From an uncultured Pelagibacteraceae bacterium (lineage in GTDB: Bacteria; Pseudomonadota; Alphaproteobacteria; Pelagibacterales; Pelagibacteraceae), in the NCBI GenBank assembly GCA_902604545.1, contig CACKZG010000001.1, forward strand, positions 96 through 64,095: a stretch of 64,000 nt of DNA, given 5' to 3'. The notes beneath the pieces were generated by a model. The model saw only the letters and a program-made list of their open reading frames with translations, was not told where the DNA came from and ran no database searches. Position numbers and translations under genes: made by a program. Positions 19,706 through 30,469 of the stretch are shown here, piece after piece. Numbering within the stretch: position 1 is the first letter of the stretch; each line of letters begins with the position of its first letter.

Positions 19706-21742
19706 ATGATAAACAACGATTATTTAAAAAATTTAAATGAAGCACAAAAAGAGGCTGTAATGCATCTTGATGGGCCTTTACTGATTGTTGCTGGGGCTGG
19801 ATCAGGCAAAACAAAAGTATTAACATCAAGAATTGCCAATATAATCAAAGAAAAAAAGGCATTTCCCAATCAAATCTTGGCAGTAACATTTACAAATAAA
19901 GCTGCTAAAGAGATGCAAAATAGAGTCAGTAAAATACTTGGCTCTACCGCAGTCGGACTTTCATGGCTAGGCACATTTCATTCTATTTGTGCGAAATTAT
20001 TGCGAAAACATGCATCTGCTGCAAATCTTAATTCCAATTTTACTATTATTGATACAGATGATCAGATCAGACTTATTAAAAATATTTGTAAAGCTGAAAA
20101 TATAGACATCAAACAATTATCTCCAAAGTTTATATTAGCAATAATTGATCGTTGGAAAAATAAAGGATTTTATCCAAATGAAGTAATAATTAATAAAAAA
20201 GATCTTTATGAAAAAACAATTCTTCCACTCTATAAAATTTATCAACAAAAATTAACAGACCTTAACTCTTGTGACTTTGGTGATCTTATATTGCACACTG
20301 TAAAAATTTTGGAATTCAATTTAGACATTAGAGAAATTTATTCAAAAAATTTTAAATATATTCTTGTCGATGAATATCAAGATACAAATTTTATTCAAAG
20401 TAAGTGGCTTACTCTCCTTTCAGAAAAAAATAAAAATATTTGTTGTGTAGGGGATGATGATCAATCGATTTATAGTTGGAGAGGTGCAGAAATAAAAAAT
20501 TTTTTAGAATTTGACCAAGTTTATAAAAATACAAAAGTAATAAGATTAGAACAAAATTATAGATCTTCTCAGAATATTTTATCTGTGGCTTCAGACCTTA
20601 TTTCTAATAATCAAAATAGAGTTGGAAAAACATTGATTACTACAATGGAAGAGGGTGATCCAGTGCAATTAAACTGTTTTAAAAATGGTAAAGATGAAGC
20701 AATTGGGATTTCAGATGAAATTGAAAAAAAAATAAAAAAAAAGTTTTCTTATAATAATATTGCAATTTTGGTTAGAGCCATTTTTCAAACACGTGAATTT
20801 GAAGAAAGATTTCTTAAAATTGGTATGCCTTATAGAATATTGGGTGGTACAAAATTTTACGAAAGAGCTGAAATTAAAGATTGTGTTGCATATTTAAGAT
20901 TGATTCATCAGGAAAAAGATGACTTGGCTTTTGAGAGAATAGTAAATAATCCTAAGAGATCGATAGGTGATAGTACTTTAAAAAATATTCATGAGTTTGC
21001 TAAGGAAAATAATTTAAATTTAGAAAGAGCATCAATAAAAATGCTTGAACTAAATTTAATTAAACCAAAAGCTAAAATTGGTCTTAGTTTATTTATTAAT
21101 TCTTTGATGAAGTGGAGAAATGACTTAATTGTAAAAAAATCAAGTCATATAAAATTATTACAAGTTGTTTTGGATGAATCAGGATATTCGGCAATGCTTA
21201 AAAATAAAAAAGACTTGGATAATGAAAATAGATTAGAAAACATTAAAGAATTATTGAGCGCAATGAAAGAATTTGACAATCTAGAAAGTTTTTTAGAACA
21301 CGTTTCTTTAGCGACTTCTGTAGATCAAGAATGGGATGGCGAAAAAATTAACATGATGACTATGCACGCCGCAAAGGGTTTAGAGTTTGATGTTGTATTT
21401 TTACCTGGATGGGAGGAAGGGTTGTTTCCACACCAAAAATCTATCGAAGAAAAAGGTCAAAATGGCCTAGAAGAAGAAAGACGTTTAGCATATGTAGGAA
21501 TTACAAGAGCAAAGAAAAAAGCTATAATTTCCTTTTCAATGAATAGATTTTATCAAGGAGATTGGGTTGATAGCATGGCTTCAAGATTTGTTGATGAACT
21601 TCCAGAAAAACATTTAGAAAAAAACTCCTTCTTTGATGAGGAAATTAATAATGATGATGATTTTGATTTTAATCAAGATTTTGAAATTGAGGAAGGTACA
21701 AGAAGTCCTGGTTGGATTAGATATCAAAAGAGAATTAAATGA
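19706..21742 (+). CDS. uvrD: UvrD/PcrA superfamily 1 DNA helicase
   Basis: AGAGSGKT, VDEYQD, VGDDDQSIY, LEQNYRS, MHAAKGLEF, EERRLAYV. Confidence 0.95.
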   Translation: MINNDYLKNLNEAQKEAVMHLDGPLLIVAGAGSGKTKVLTSRIANIIKEKKAFPNQILAVTFTNKAAKEMQNRVSKILGSTAVGLSWLGTFHSICAKLLRKHASAANLNSNFTIIDTDDQIRLIKNICKAENIDIKQLSPKFILAIIDRWKNKGFYPNEVIINKKDLYEKTILPLYKIYQQKLTDLNSCDFGDLILHTVKILEFNLDIREIYSKNFKYILVDEYQDTNFIQSKWLTLLSEKNKNICCVGDDDQSIYSWRGAEIKNFLEFDQVYKNTKVIRLEQNYRSSQNILSVASDLISNNQNRVGKTLITTMEEGDPVQLNCFKNGKDEAIGISDEIEKKIKKKFSYNNIAILVRAIFQTREFEERFLKIGMPYRILGGTKFYERAEIKDCVAYLRLIHQEKDDLAFERIVNNPKRSIGDSTLKNIHEFAKENNLNLERASIKMLELNLIKPKAKIGLSLFINSLMKWRNDLIVKKSSHIKLLQVVLDESGYSAMLKNKKDLDNENRLENIKELLSAMKEFDNLESFLEHVSLATSVDQEWDGEKINMMTMHAAKGLEFDVVFLPGWEEGLFPHQKSIEEKGQNGLEEERRLAYVGITRAKKKAIISFSMNRFYQGDWVDSMASRFVDELPEKHLEKNSFFDEEINNDDDFDFNQDFEIEEGTRSPGWIRYQKRIK

Positions 21743-23433
21743 AAAATTACATAAAAGAATTAAGAAGTAAATTTAAGAAATATGAAATTGATGGATATGT
21801 AATTCCAAAAAATGATGATTATTTTACTGAATATTCAAAATTAAATCGATTAGAGGTAATCTCAAACTTTAGTGGATCTTCTGGTTTAGCAATAATTCTT
21901 AAAAATAAAAATTATTTATTTACTGATGGAAGATATACAATTCAAAGTAAAATTGAGAGTGGAAAAAATTTTAAAATTTATGGATTTGAAAAATTAATAA
22001 ATTGTAGCTTATTTAAAAATCTTACGCTTGGCATAGATCCAAATTTATTTACCAATACTCAAGTTAAAAATTATTTTTTAAAACACAATAAAATCAAATA
22101 TGTTAAAAAAAATCTAATTGATGAAATTAAAAAACAGAAAGAACATACTTCAATCCCCTTTTTTTCTTTAGATAAAAGTATTGTTGGTGAAAGTATTAAT
22201 TCTAAATTAAATAAAATAACTAAATACTTAAAAAAAAATAAATGTGATTATTTTTTTATTAGTGCACCAGAAAATGTTGCGTGGACTTTAAATATAAGAG
22301 GTGGAGATGGTCCAAACAGTCCAATTCCCAATTCAAGATTGATAGTAAGTAAATCAAAAAAAATACTGCTTATAAGTAATCTTAAAAAGTGTAAGCAATT
22401 ATTAAAAAATAAAATTATTAAGAAAGACGAATTTTTAGATGTAAATGCTTTACCAAGTAAAATACTACATCTTAAGGGAAAAAACTTTGTTGTAGATGAT
22501 AAATCTTGTTCAATATTTTATGAAAATCTAATTAAGTCTAAATTTAAGATCATAAAAAAAGAAGATCCAATTTATCTATTAAAAGCAATCAAAAATAAAA
22601 CAGAGATTAAGAATATGATTAATGCTCATATCTTAGATGGAATAGCATTAACTAAGTTTTTATTTTGGATAAAAAAAATTAATAAAAAAAAAATTACTGA
22701 AGTAGAAGCAGCTAAAAAATTAGAAAATTTTAGAAAATTAAATAAAAACTTTCTCTATCCTAGTTTTGATACAATTGCAGGCTCAGGTGCAAATGGTGCT
22801 ATTGTACATTACCGTGCAAAAAAAGAAAAATGCAGAACTATTAATAGAAATGATATTTTACTTTGCGACTCAGGTGGACAATATAAATATGGTACAACTG
22901 ATGTCACAAGAACAATATGTTTTTCTAATCAAAATCAAAAAATAAAAAATATTTTTACCAAAGTATTAAAAGGTCATATTGCTGTTGCTACGACTGATAT
23001 TAATAAAGATGACACAGGTAAAAAAATTGACAAAAGAGCGAGAAAATTTTTAAATAAAAGTAACCTAGATTATGCGCATGGCACAGGGCATGGTGTTGGT
23101 TTTTTTCTTAATGTTCATGAAGGACCTCAATCTATTACAAAAATAAATACAGTAAAAATTAGAGAAGGTATGATTTTAAGTAATGAACCTGGGTATTATA
23201 AAACCAATGAATATGGAATTAGGATTGAAAATTTAGTTTATGTAAAAAAAATAAAAAAAAATTTGTCATTTCAAAATTTAACAATGGCACCTATAGAGAA
23301 AGATTTAATAAATTTTGATTTATTAACAATTGATGAGAAAAACTATATGTTTAAATATCATTTAGAAGTTTATTCAAAGATATCAAAATACTTAAATAAA
23401 GATGAGAGAAAATGGTTAGCTAGTTTTCTTTAA
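21739..23433 (+). CDS. Xaa-Pro aminopeptidase (M24B)
   Basis: DSGGQY..GTTDVTRT, HGTGHGVG, NEPGYY, GIRIEN. Confidence 0.93.
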   Translation: MKNYIKELRSKFKKYEIDGYVIPKNDDYFTEYSKLNRLEVISNFSGSSGLAIILKNKNYLFTDGRYTIQSKIESGKNFKIYGFEKLINCSLFKNLTLGIDPNLFTNTQVKNYFLKHNKIKYVKKNLIDEIKKQKEHTSIPFFSLDKSIVGESINSKLNKITKYLKKNKCDYFFISAPENVAWTLNIRGGDGPNSPIPNSRLIVSKSKKILLISNLKKCKQLLKNKIIKKDEFLDVNALPSKILHLKGKNFVVDDKSCSIFYENLIKSKFKIIKKEDPIYLLKAIKNKTEIKNMINAHILDGIALTKFLFWIKKINKKKITEVEAAKKLENFRKLNKNFLYPSFDTIAGSGANGAIVHYRAKKEKCRTINRNDILLCDSGGQYKYGTTDVTRTICFSNQNQKIKNIFTKVLKGHIAVATTDINKDDTGKKIDKRARKFLNKSNLDYAHGTGHGVGFFLNVHEGPQSITKINTVKIREGMILSNEPGYYKTNEYGIRIENLVYVKKIKKNLSFQNLTMAPIEKDLINFDLLTIDEKNYMFKYHLEVYSKISKYLNKDERKWLASFL

Positions 23434-25446
23434 CATCTTCAAAAATTGATCTTGATTTATAATTTTAATTTTAAGTTGTTTAGCACTTTCTACTTTTCTT
23501 TTAGTTGGTTTTTCTCCAGTAATTAAATAATTTAATTTACTTGAAACACTACTAAGTGTAGATCCTGAATTTTCTTCTATTAATGATTTAATTTCTGCTC
23601 TACTTATACCACTTAGTTTTCCTGTGACTAAAAAGGATTTATTTTTTAATAGTCCATTCTTTTGTCTTACAGCAGAATTTTTTATTATTAAAATTTTTCC
23701 TAATTCATTTAATACTTTAATATTTAATTCGTTTGAAAAAAAACTTCTAATCGAGCTTACTTGAGTTTCACCTATTCCATCAATATTTAATAAATCATCA
23801 TAATTATATTTTTTAGATATATTTTGAAAATTTGAAAAAGATACAAAATATTTTGAAAGTAATTTTGCATTCTCTAATCCAATATGTCTAATACCTAATG
23901 AAAATATAAATCTTTCTAGCGAGATAGTTTGTTTTTGATTTATAGAATACTTTAAATTTTCTACCGAAAGTTTGCCCCATCCTTCGAGTGTTTGAATTTT
24001 ATTGTAATCTAACTTAAATATATCTTGTGGAAAACTTATTAATTTTAATTTCCAAAAACCTTCTATTATTTTTTTTCCAAGCCCATCTATGTTAAAAGCT
24101 TCTTTAGATACAAAATGTTTTAATTTTTCAATTGTAATTTTGTCACAAAAATAGCCTTCGCTTGAACATCTTCTTACCGCATCTATTTTTTTGGTAACCT
24201 CATTGAATTCTTTTATTGTTTTTGATCCACAAGAGGGACATTTGTTTGGAAAAATAAATTTGAAGCTATTTTTTGGTCTTTTTTTAATATCAACAGACAA
24301 AATATGTGGAATAACATCACCTGCTCTTTCAACAGTTACTATGTCTCCTATTCTAATGTCCTTTCTAATTATTTCATCTTCGTTATGTAATGTTGCATTT
24401 GATACCAAAACACCACCTATATTAATTGGCTGTATCTTAGCCACTGGAGTTAAAGCACCTGTTCTACCTATTTGAATATCAATATCTAAAATCTTAGAAG
24501 AACCTTTGTTTGATGAAAACTTATGAGCGATTGCCCACCTTGGTGCATTTGCAACATTTCCTAATCTCTTTTGAAGATTAAAATCATTTATTTTGTAAAC
24601 AATTCCATCTATATCAAAATCTAGACTTGCTCTTTTTTTTTCAATATCTTGATAGTTTAAAATTAAATTATTTATACCTGATATTAATTTATTAAATGGA
24701 TTTGTTTTAAATCCCCATTCACTCAATTTTTCGAGATATTCAATTTGATTACTGACATTTAACCCTTTTTCAAAACCAAATGTATATGCAATAAATTTAA
24801 GCGGCATTTTTTTTGTATCTTCTGGATTTTTTTGTCTTAAAGAACCTGAAGCTGCATTTCTTGGATTTGCAAAATTTTGGTTTATATCTTCAAAATCACT
24901 CTTTTGTATAAATACTTCTCCTCTAATATCAATTTCTCGTGGAAAATCTTTTGACAAAATCTCTTTTGGAATATCACCTATTGTTTTAAGATTTTCAGTT
25001 ATATCTTCACCTTCTTTTCCGTCTCCTCTAGACAAGCCTCGTATAAGTTTTCCTTTTGTATAAGATAAAGACGCTGAAATTCCATCAATTTTAGGCTCAG
25101 CGCTATAAAAAATTTCAAAGTTATTTTTTTGAGATAGGAAATTTAATATTTTTTTTTCAAAATTTATCAAATCTTCTTCTGAAAACGCATTAGCAAGAGA
25201 AAGCATTGGTGCTTTATGTAACATCTTTTTAAAATTTTTTGATGGTTTATACCCTACAGTATTAGATGGTGAGTTATTAGATTTAAGAAATTTATGGTTA
25301 GTTTCTAATAATAAAATCTCTTTTTTTAGAACGTCATACTCCTGATCAGATGCTATCGGGTCACTTTTGTCGTAATAAAATTTATTTAATTTATTAAATA
25401 ATTTAATTTTTTCTTTATATTTTTTTTGAATTTCTTTTTTATTCAT
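23416..25446 (-). CDS. ligA: NAD-dependent DNA ligase
   Basis: EPKIDG, NPRNAASGSLRQ, zinc finger, C-terminal BRCT. Confidence 0.97.
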   Translation of the reverse strand: MNKKEIQKKYKEKIKLFNKLNKFYYDKSDPIASDQEYDVLKKEILLLETNHKFLKSNNSPSNTVGYKPSKNFKKMLHKAPMLSLANAFSEEDLINFEKKILNFLSQKNNFEIFYSAEPKIDGISASLSYTKGKLIRGLSRGDGKEGEDITENLKTIGDIPKEILSKDFPREIDIRGEVFIQKSDFEDINQNFANPRNAASGSLRQKNPEDTKKMPLKFIAYTFGFEKGLNVSNQIEYLEKLSEWGFKTNPFNKLISGINNLILNYQDIEKKRASLDFDIDGIVYKINDFNLQKRLGNVANAPRWAIAHKFSSNKGSSKILDIDIQIGRTGALTPVAKIQPINIGGVLVSNATLHNEDEIIRKDIRIGDIVTVERAGDVIPHILSVDIKKRPKNSFKFIFPNKCPSCGSKTIKEFNEVTKKIDAVRRCSSEGYFCDKITIEKLKHFVSKEAFNIDGLGKKIIEGFWKLKLISFPQDIFKLDYNKIQTLEGWGKLSVENLKYSINQKQTISLERFIFSLGIRHIGLENAKLLSKYFVSFSNFQNISKKYNYDDLLNIDGIGETQVSSIRSFFSNELNIKVLNELGKILIIKNSAVRQKNGLLKNKSFLVTGKLSGISRAEIKSLIEENSGSTLSSVSSKLNYLITGEKPTKRKVESAKQLKIKIINQDQFLKMLKKTS

Positions 25447-25447
25447 C

Positions 25448-26284
25448 TCAATCTAATAGAGATTTTAATTTTTTTAACGTTGATTTTTTATTTTCATTTT
25501 TAATATCTTGAATTTTGTATTCCTTTTTATGAACTTTATATGTATTTTTATACCATTCACCCTCTGGATAATTATAGCCCAGTAATACCGCATATTTTCT
25601 AGACTCATCTTCAAGACCAATTTTGTAATAAATTTCTACTAGTCTATGAAGTGCTTCTTCAATAAATACTGTATTATCATATTCTGTTACAATAAATTTT
25701 AATCTATTAATAGCCGGTATCCATTTTTCTTTTTGCATATAATGTCTTGCAATATACATTTCTTTTGAAGCAATCATTTCATTAATAAGATCTAATTTAA
25801 ATTTTGAATCTAATGAAAATTCTGTATTAGGATAATTTTCAACAATATATTCGAATTGTTTTTTTGAATTTTTTAAGGGTTCTAAATCTTTTTTTTCATC
25901 AACGATTTTATTGTAATAAGACATTGCAAGTAAATAATTAGCATAAGGTGTGTTCGGGTGATTAGGGTATTTTTTAAAAAAATTTATAAGTTCTGAAATT
26001 GCTCTATTATTATAATCATCATAATAATAGGCATATGCTGCCATCAGGGCTGACTTTGGCGCCCACTCAGATTGAGGAAATAAAATTTCTGCTTCATTAA
26101 ATTTTTTTGCTGCATCAAGATATAACTGATTTTCAAAAGCAATAATTCCCTCCTGGTAAGCTTTTATCATTTGATCTTCAATTTTATCTTCTTGAATTTT
26201 TATAATTTCAATTTTTTCATTTTTTGTGCAGTTATTTAAGAATAATGATGCAAATAATAAAAATATCAGTAATAACTTTTTCAT
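25448..26284 (-). CDS. bamD: Outer-membrane protein assembly factor BamD
   Basis: Lipoprotein signal, TPR helices, AINR, EEALHRLVE; position after lpxC. Confidence 0.92.
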   Translation of the reverse strand: MKKLLLIFLLFASLFLNNCTKNEKIEIIKIQEDKIEDQMIKAYQEGIIAFENQLYLDAAKKFNEAEILFPQSEWAPKSALMAAYAYYYDDYNNRAISELINFFKKYPNHPNTPYANYLLAMSYYNKIVDEKKDLEPLKNSKKQFEYIVENYPNTEFSLDSKFKLDLINEMIASKEMYIARHYMQKEKWIPAINRLKFIVTEYDNTVFIEEALHRLVEIYYKIGLEDESRKYAVLLGYNYPEGEWYKNTYKVHKKEYKIQDIKNENKKSTLKKLKSLLD

Positions 26285-26323
26285 ATAGTTTTACTTAACA
26301 GAAATTAATGATTTTCTAAAGTT

Positions 26324-27238
26324 TTATGCGATTGATCTTAATGATACTTTGTCCATTAAAGTATTTGATAGAGTTTTTTCCTTAATTTCATGTAATGAAA
26401 AATTTTTTTTGTCTTCATAAACTTTTCTCAAAAGATCATTTGTTAATTTATGACCTCCTTGTGAGCAAACTATTTTTCCCACAACTTTATAACCTGACAG
26501 GAACAAATCACCAATACAGTCTAAAATTTTATGATTAACAAACTCTTTTTCATTTCTTAATCCACCTTTGTTTAAAACTATGTTATCTTTTACTACAATT
26601 GCATTATCCAAACTTCCTCCTTGTGCAAAACCCATGCTTTGTAATTTCTTTACGTCTTCAAACAAACAGAAAGTTCTTGAGTCGTAAATTTCAGATAAAT
26701 TTGAATTATAAACATCTACTAAATTTCTTTGAGTTCCAATTAAGCTATTAGTATATTTTATCTCAAAATCAATTGATAGATTTGTTTTACTTGGCTCGAT
26801 TGAAATAAATTTGTTATTTTCTTTGAAAGTAATTTTTTTATTAATAGAAATTATTTTTATTGGAATATTGCTCTCTTTAATTCCTGCACTTTTTATTTTC
26901 TCAATAAATATTTTTGCTGAGCCATCTAAGATTGGCAATTCTTCGTTATCAATTTCTATTATTGCATTATCAATACCGAGACCAAACAGTGCTGCCATTA
27001 AATGTTCTATGGTAGAAATTTTAACTCCATGCTCATTAGAAATTGTAGTACACAAAGTAGCATTTGTTACATTAAATACACTTGGGATTACAATATTGTT
27101 TTTTGATATGTCTATTCTTTTAAATTGAATTCCTGAATTTGGTAAACCAGGCAAAATTCTCATTTGCACATTTTTACCACTATGCAAACCAATACCATCA
27201 ATAATTATCTCTCTATTAACAGTTTTTTGACAAAGCAT
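26324..27238 (-). CDS. lpxC: UDP-3-O-acyl-GlcNAc deacetylase
   Basis: GIGLHSG, TIEHLMAAL, HKILDCIGD. Confidence 0.96.
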   Translation of the reverse strand: MLCQKTVNREIIIDGIGLHSGKNVQMRILPGLPNSGIQFKRIDISKNNIVIPSVFNVTNATLCTTISNEHGVKISTIEHLMAALFGLGIDNAIIEIDNEELPILDGSAKIFIEKIKSAGIKESNIPIKIISINKKITFKENNKFISIEPSKTNLSIDFEIKYTNSLIGTQRNLVDVYNSNLSEIYDSRTFCLFEDVKKLQSMGFAQGGSLDNAIVVKDNIVLNKGGLRNEKEFVNHKILDCIGDLFLSGYKVVGKIVCSQGGHKLTNDLLRKVYEDKKNFSLHEIKEKTLSNTLMDKVSLRSIA

Positions 27239-27304
27239 ACTTAAAATGTATCAAAAATAGAGAACCTTAAGAAAACAAGTTATATTACAACAAGCTACAA
27301 ATAC

Positions 27305-28003
27305 TTACCCAAATAAATTGAAAAATTTTTCGAAAAAACCCGTTTTTTTTGTACTTTTTTGGATAACCATGACCTCATTTTCATTACAACCATTCAAAAT
27401 ATCAAAAGTCATTTTTGATATTTCTTTGTCATTATTAAAAAAATTTTTAACATAATTTCCATCCACATACTTAGTAATATTTATTTGATAATTTTTTAAT
27501 ACTTTATTTAAATTGTATATAATTTCATTTGAAATAGATTTAAACTGAATCTCTAAATTTAACTGCTCACACTCTAAATTGTCTTGCAAATAAGAATAAT
27601 TTTTACCATCAATCAAATAATTTTTTATTATGATATGCATTATTTTTTCATCTGGATAATTTTCTTTGAATAGGTCTTTAGCATTAGTTATAGAACTTTG
27701 TAGGTAAGTTTTGCTTTTTGAAGGTTCATAATTTTTTTGTTTAATTCCTATTTGAATATTTAAAATACTTGCGTAATCAATAATAATAAAAATATTCTCA
27801 ACAAATTTTCCTAATAATTTTTCTATTCTAAAAATATTATCATCAAGAAATTTTTTGAGATCAGAATAGTTTATAAAATTTATTTTTTCAAAATTTATTT
27901 CTTTTTCATACAAGTTTTTTCTATTTTTAGTATCAAATAAATAAATTCCAAATTTAGTTTGGGAAATACTTAAATAGGTTTCAAACTCGAAAATTTCATT
28001 CAT
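27305..28003 (-). CDS. Short, divergent FtsA-like protein
   Basis: Occupies the ftsA slot after ftsQ; IMHIIIKNYLIDG resembles FtsA domain 1C; amphipathic C-terminus GFFEKFFNLFG; only 232 aa. Confidence 0.55.
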   Translation of the reverse strand: MNEIFEFETYLSISQTKFGIYLFDTKNRKNLYEKEINFEKINFINYSDLKKFLDDNIFRIEKLLGKFVENIFIIIDYASILNIQIGIKQKNYEPSKSKTYLQSSITNAKDLFKENYPDEKIMHIIIKNYLIDGKNYSYLQDNLECEQLNLEIQFKSISNEIIYNLNKVLKNYQINITKYVDGNYVKNFFNNDKEISKMTFDILNGCNENEVMVIQKSTKKTGFFEKFFNLFG

Positions 28004-28667
28004 TCAATATAATTTGATTATCTATTCTAATATCAATTGTAGTAAATTTTCCAATTTTATTATCTTCTAAAAATTCATAAGCATAATCTAAAGAAGCTAT
28101 GGTTGAATGATTAGGTAATTTTAATAAAATATTATTTTTTAGTTTAATGTCCCATCTTTTAGACGGAAAAAAAAACAAACTCTCAATTTCCTCAAATGAA
28201 AATTTGGATTTATCTACAATTTGTTTAAAAATTAAAAATTCTTGAATCTGTGGTTTGCCAAAAATATAAGGTAAATTAGTTGCTTGGAAATTATTAGGTA
28301 TTAATTTTCCATTTGAGCCAATTACAAATGTTTCATTATTGAAACTTATTTTAGCTATAAAACTTGTTTTTTTAATCATAATCTTAATAGCAGATGGATA
28401 ACTTTTAAAAATTTGATATTTTTCAATCAGTGGATTTGAATTCATTATATTATTTAATTCTTTTTTATTAATAAAAAAAATATTATTTAAGTTAAGATTT
28501 TTTATTTTTTCAATTATAAGACTATTTTCTTTTTCACTTAATCCTGAAACTTCAATATTTCTAACTTTTTGAAATTCTAAATTGTTTAATGAAATATTAT
28601 TAGTTGAACTTATTAATATTAATAAAAAAAAATAAATTAATAATTTTTTACTTTTTCTTTGATGCAT
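27996..28667 (-). CDS. ftsQ: Cell division protein FtsQ/DivIB
   Basis: TM + POTRA-like region (IEVSG...YPSAIKI), KRWDI, IDIRI; follows ddl. Confidence 0.82.
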   Translation of the reverse strand: MHQRKSKKLLIYFFLLILISSTNNISLNNLEFQKVRNIEVSGLSEKENSLIIEKIKNLNLNNIFFINKKELNNIMNSNPLIEKYQIFKSYPSAIKIMIKKTSFIAKISFNNETFVIGSNGKLIPNNFQATNLPYIFGKPQIQEFLIFKQIVDKSKFSFEEIESLFFFPSKRWDIKLKNNILLKLPNHSTIASLDYAYEFLEDNKIGKFTTIDIRIDNQIILNE

Positions 28668-29562
28668 CCTGCATAATCCACTCGATTAAATCTAAAAAAC
28701 TAATTCCTCTAAATGCTGCAATTTCTGGAACAAGTGAAAGTTTGGTCATACCTGGTTGAGTATTTATTTCTAAAAGATAAAATTTATCGTTAAAAAATTT
28801 GAAATCAGATCTTGTAACCCCCTGACAACCAATTGCTCTATGAGCTTTGTATGCCATATTCATGACCGTATTCAATTTACCTTTAGGTAAATCAACTGGA
28901 ATTATATGTTTAGTTTTCGCACTAGAATTATATTTTGCTTGATAATCATAAAATTTTCTTTTTGGTTGAAGCTCTATTGCTCCTAGTTTTTTATTTCCCA
29001 TTATTGCAACTTGTATTTCCCTTCCACCAATAAATTCCTCAATCATAACTTTTTTGTATTGTTTTATTGAATTAAGAATTTTAATTATATTTTTTTCGTT
29101 ACAAATATACACATTAACACTAGAACCCTCGTTTATAGGCTTTACTACTACTGGAAATCTTAGTTTTTTTTTTATTTTTTTTATTAAATCTTTATTTTTA
29201 ATATCGTAAGAATATGTAAAAAATTTTGGTGTATTTATATTATTTTTAATAAATACTTTTTTTGAGATCTCTTTATCCATGGCTATTGCTGATGAAATTA
29301 CACCTGAATGTGTGTAGGGAATGTTGAACCTCTCTAGAATTGTTTGGATATAACCATCCTCACCAAATTGACCATGCAAGGCATTAAAAATTACATCTGG
29401 TTTAAAATTTTTTAAAGTTTTTTCTAAATTGTTATTTGGTTCAGATATTTTTATTTTATAACCATTTTTTTTTAATTCTTTAGCAACTTGTTGTCCTGTA
29501 TCTAGACTAATTAGTCTCTCTTTCGATATCCCGCCTGATATAATTAATATTTTTTTTTTCAA
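28648..29562 (-). CDS. ddl: D-Ala-D-Ala ligase
   Basis: GGISKER, ALHGQFGEDG, GSSV, LEINTQPGMT. Confidence 0.96.
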   Translation of the reverse strand: MKKKILIISGGISKERLISLDTGQQVAKELKKNGYKIKISEPNNNLEKTLKNFKPDVIFNALHGQFGEDGYIQTILERFNIPYTHSGVISSAIAMDKEISKKVFIKNNINTPKFFTYSYDIKNKDLIKKIKKKLRFPVVVKPINEGSSVNVYICNEKNIIKILNSIKQYKKVMIEEFIGGREIQVAIMGNKKLGAIELQPKRKFYDYQAKYNSSAKTKHIIPVDLPKGKLNTVMNMAYKAHRAIGCQGVTRSDFKFFNDKFYLLEINTQPGMTKLSLVPEIAAFRGISFLDLIEWIMQDASKKK

Positions 29563-29563
29563 C

Positions 29564-30469
29564 TTATTCTAATATTTTTATTTCAGTTTCTAGTTTAATT
29601 CCTGTTTTCTTAAATACACTTTCAGAAACAAAATTTATCAGTTTTTTCATATCCTCAAACTTAGCATTACCTTTATTTACAAAAAAATTACAGTGTTTTT
29701 GAGAAATTGATGCATCTCCAAATGATTTTTCTAATGGCACAGATTCTTTGATTAATTGCCAAACCTTTTTATTTGTTTGATCTATGGGGTTTTTAAATGT
29801 ACTACCACTGGTCTTAATTTTTGTTGGTTGAGCTTGCTCTTTTTTTTCTTTAAGTAGCCTTATCTCATTCTTAATTATATTCTTATCTTTCTTAAAACCT
29901 TTAAATGATGCGCTTAAAAAAATAAGATCTTCAGATAATCCACTGTCGCGATACTTAAAATCAATATCTTTAGAGCGTATAGTGATTACTTGGCCTGATT
30001 TGTTTATTGCCTGAATAGAAATAAGAATATCTTTGAATTCCCTTTGAAAACAACCTGCGTTCATTTTAATACCACCACCTACTGTGCCAGGGATGCAAGA
30101 GAGAAACTCAAAACCACCTAAACTATTTTCCATTGCAAATTCTGACAAAGATTTATCTGTAACGGCACTACCTGCGACTATAATTTCTGCAGAATGTAAA
30201 GAAATATTATTAAAATTTTGAGTAAGTTTTATTACGACTCCATCAAATTTGCTGTCGGATATAAGTGTATTAGAGCCAGCTCCTAATATAAATATTTTTT
30301 CTTTATCTTTAATTTTTTTAAGAAACTTTATTAATTCTTTTAAATCACTTGCCTTATAGAAAGCTTTAGTTTTACCTCCTATGTTAAACCAATTTTTTTT
30401 TTTTAGATCATAATCTAACTTTAAATTATTATTAAATTCTGAAATCAACTCTTTAAAATTAATTTTCAT
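29564..30469 (-). CDS. murB: UDP-N-acetylenolpyruvoylglucosamine reductase
   Basis: GAGSN, IPGTVGG..KMNAG, GSTFKNP, HCNF; start set at the TAATG overlap with murC. Confidence 0.95.
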   Translation of the reverse strand: MKINFKELISEFNNNLKLDYDLKKKNWFNIGGKTKAFYKASDLKELIKFLKKIKDKEKIFILGAGSNTLISDSKFDGVVIKLTQNFNNISLHSAEIIVAGSAVTDKSLSEFAMENSLGGFEFLSCIPGTVGGGIKMNAGCFQREFKDILISIQAINKSGQVITIRSKDIDFKYRDSGLSEDLIFLSASFKGFKKDKNIIKNEIRLLKEKKEQAQPTKIKTSGSTFKNPIDQTNKKVWQLIKESVPLEKSFGDASISQKHCNFFVNKGNAKFEDMKKLINFVSESVFKKTGIKLETEIKILE

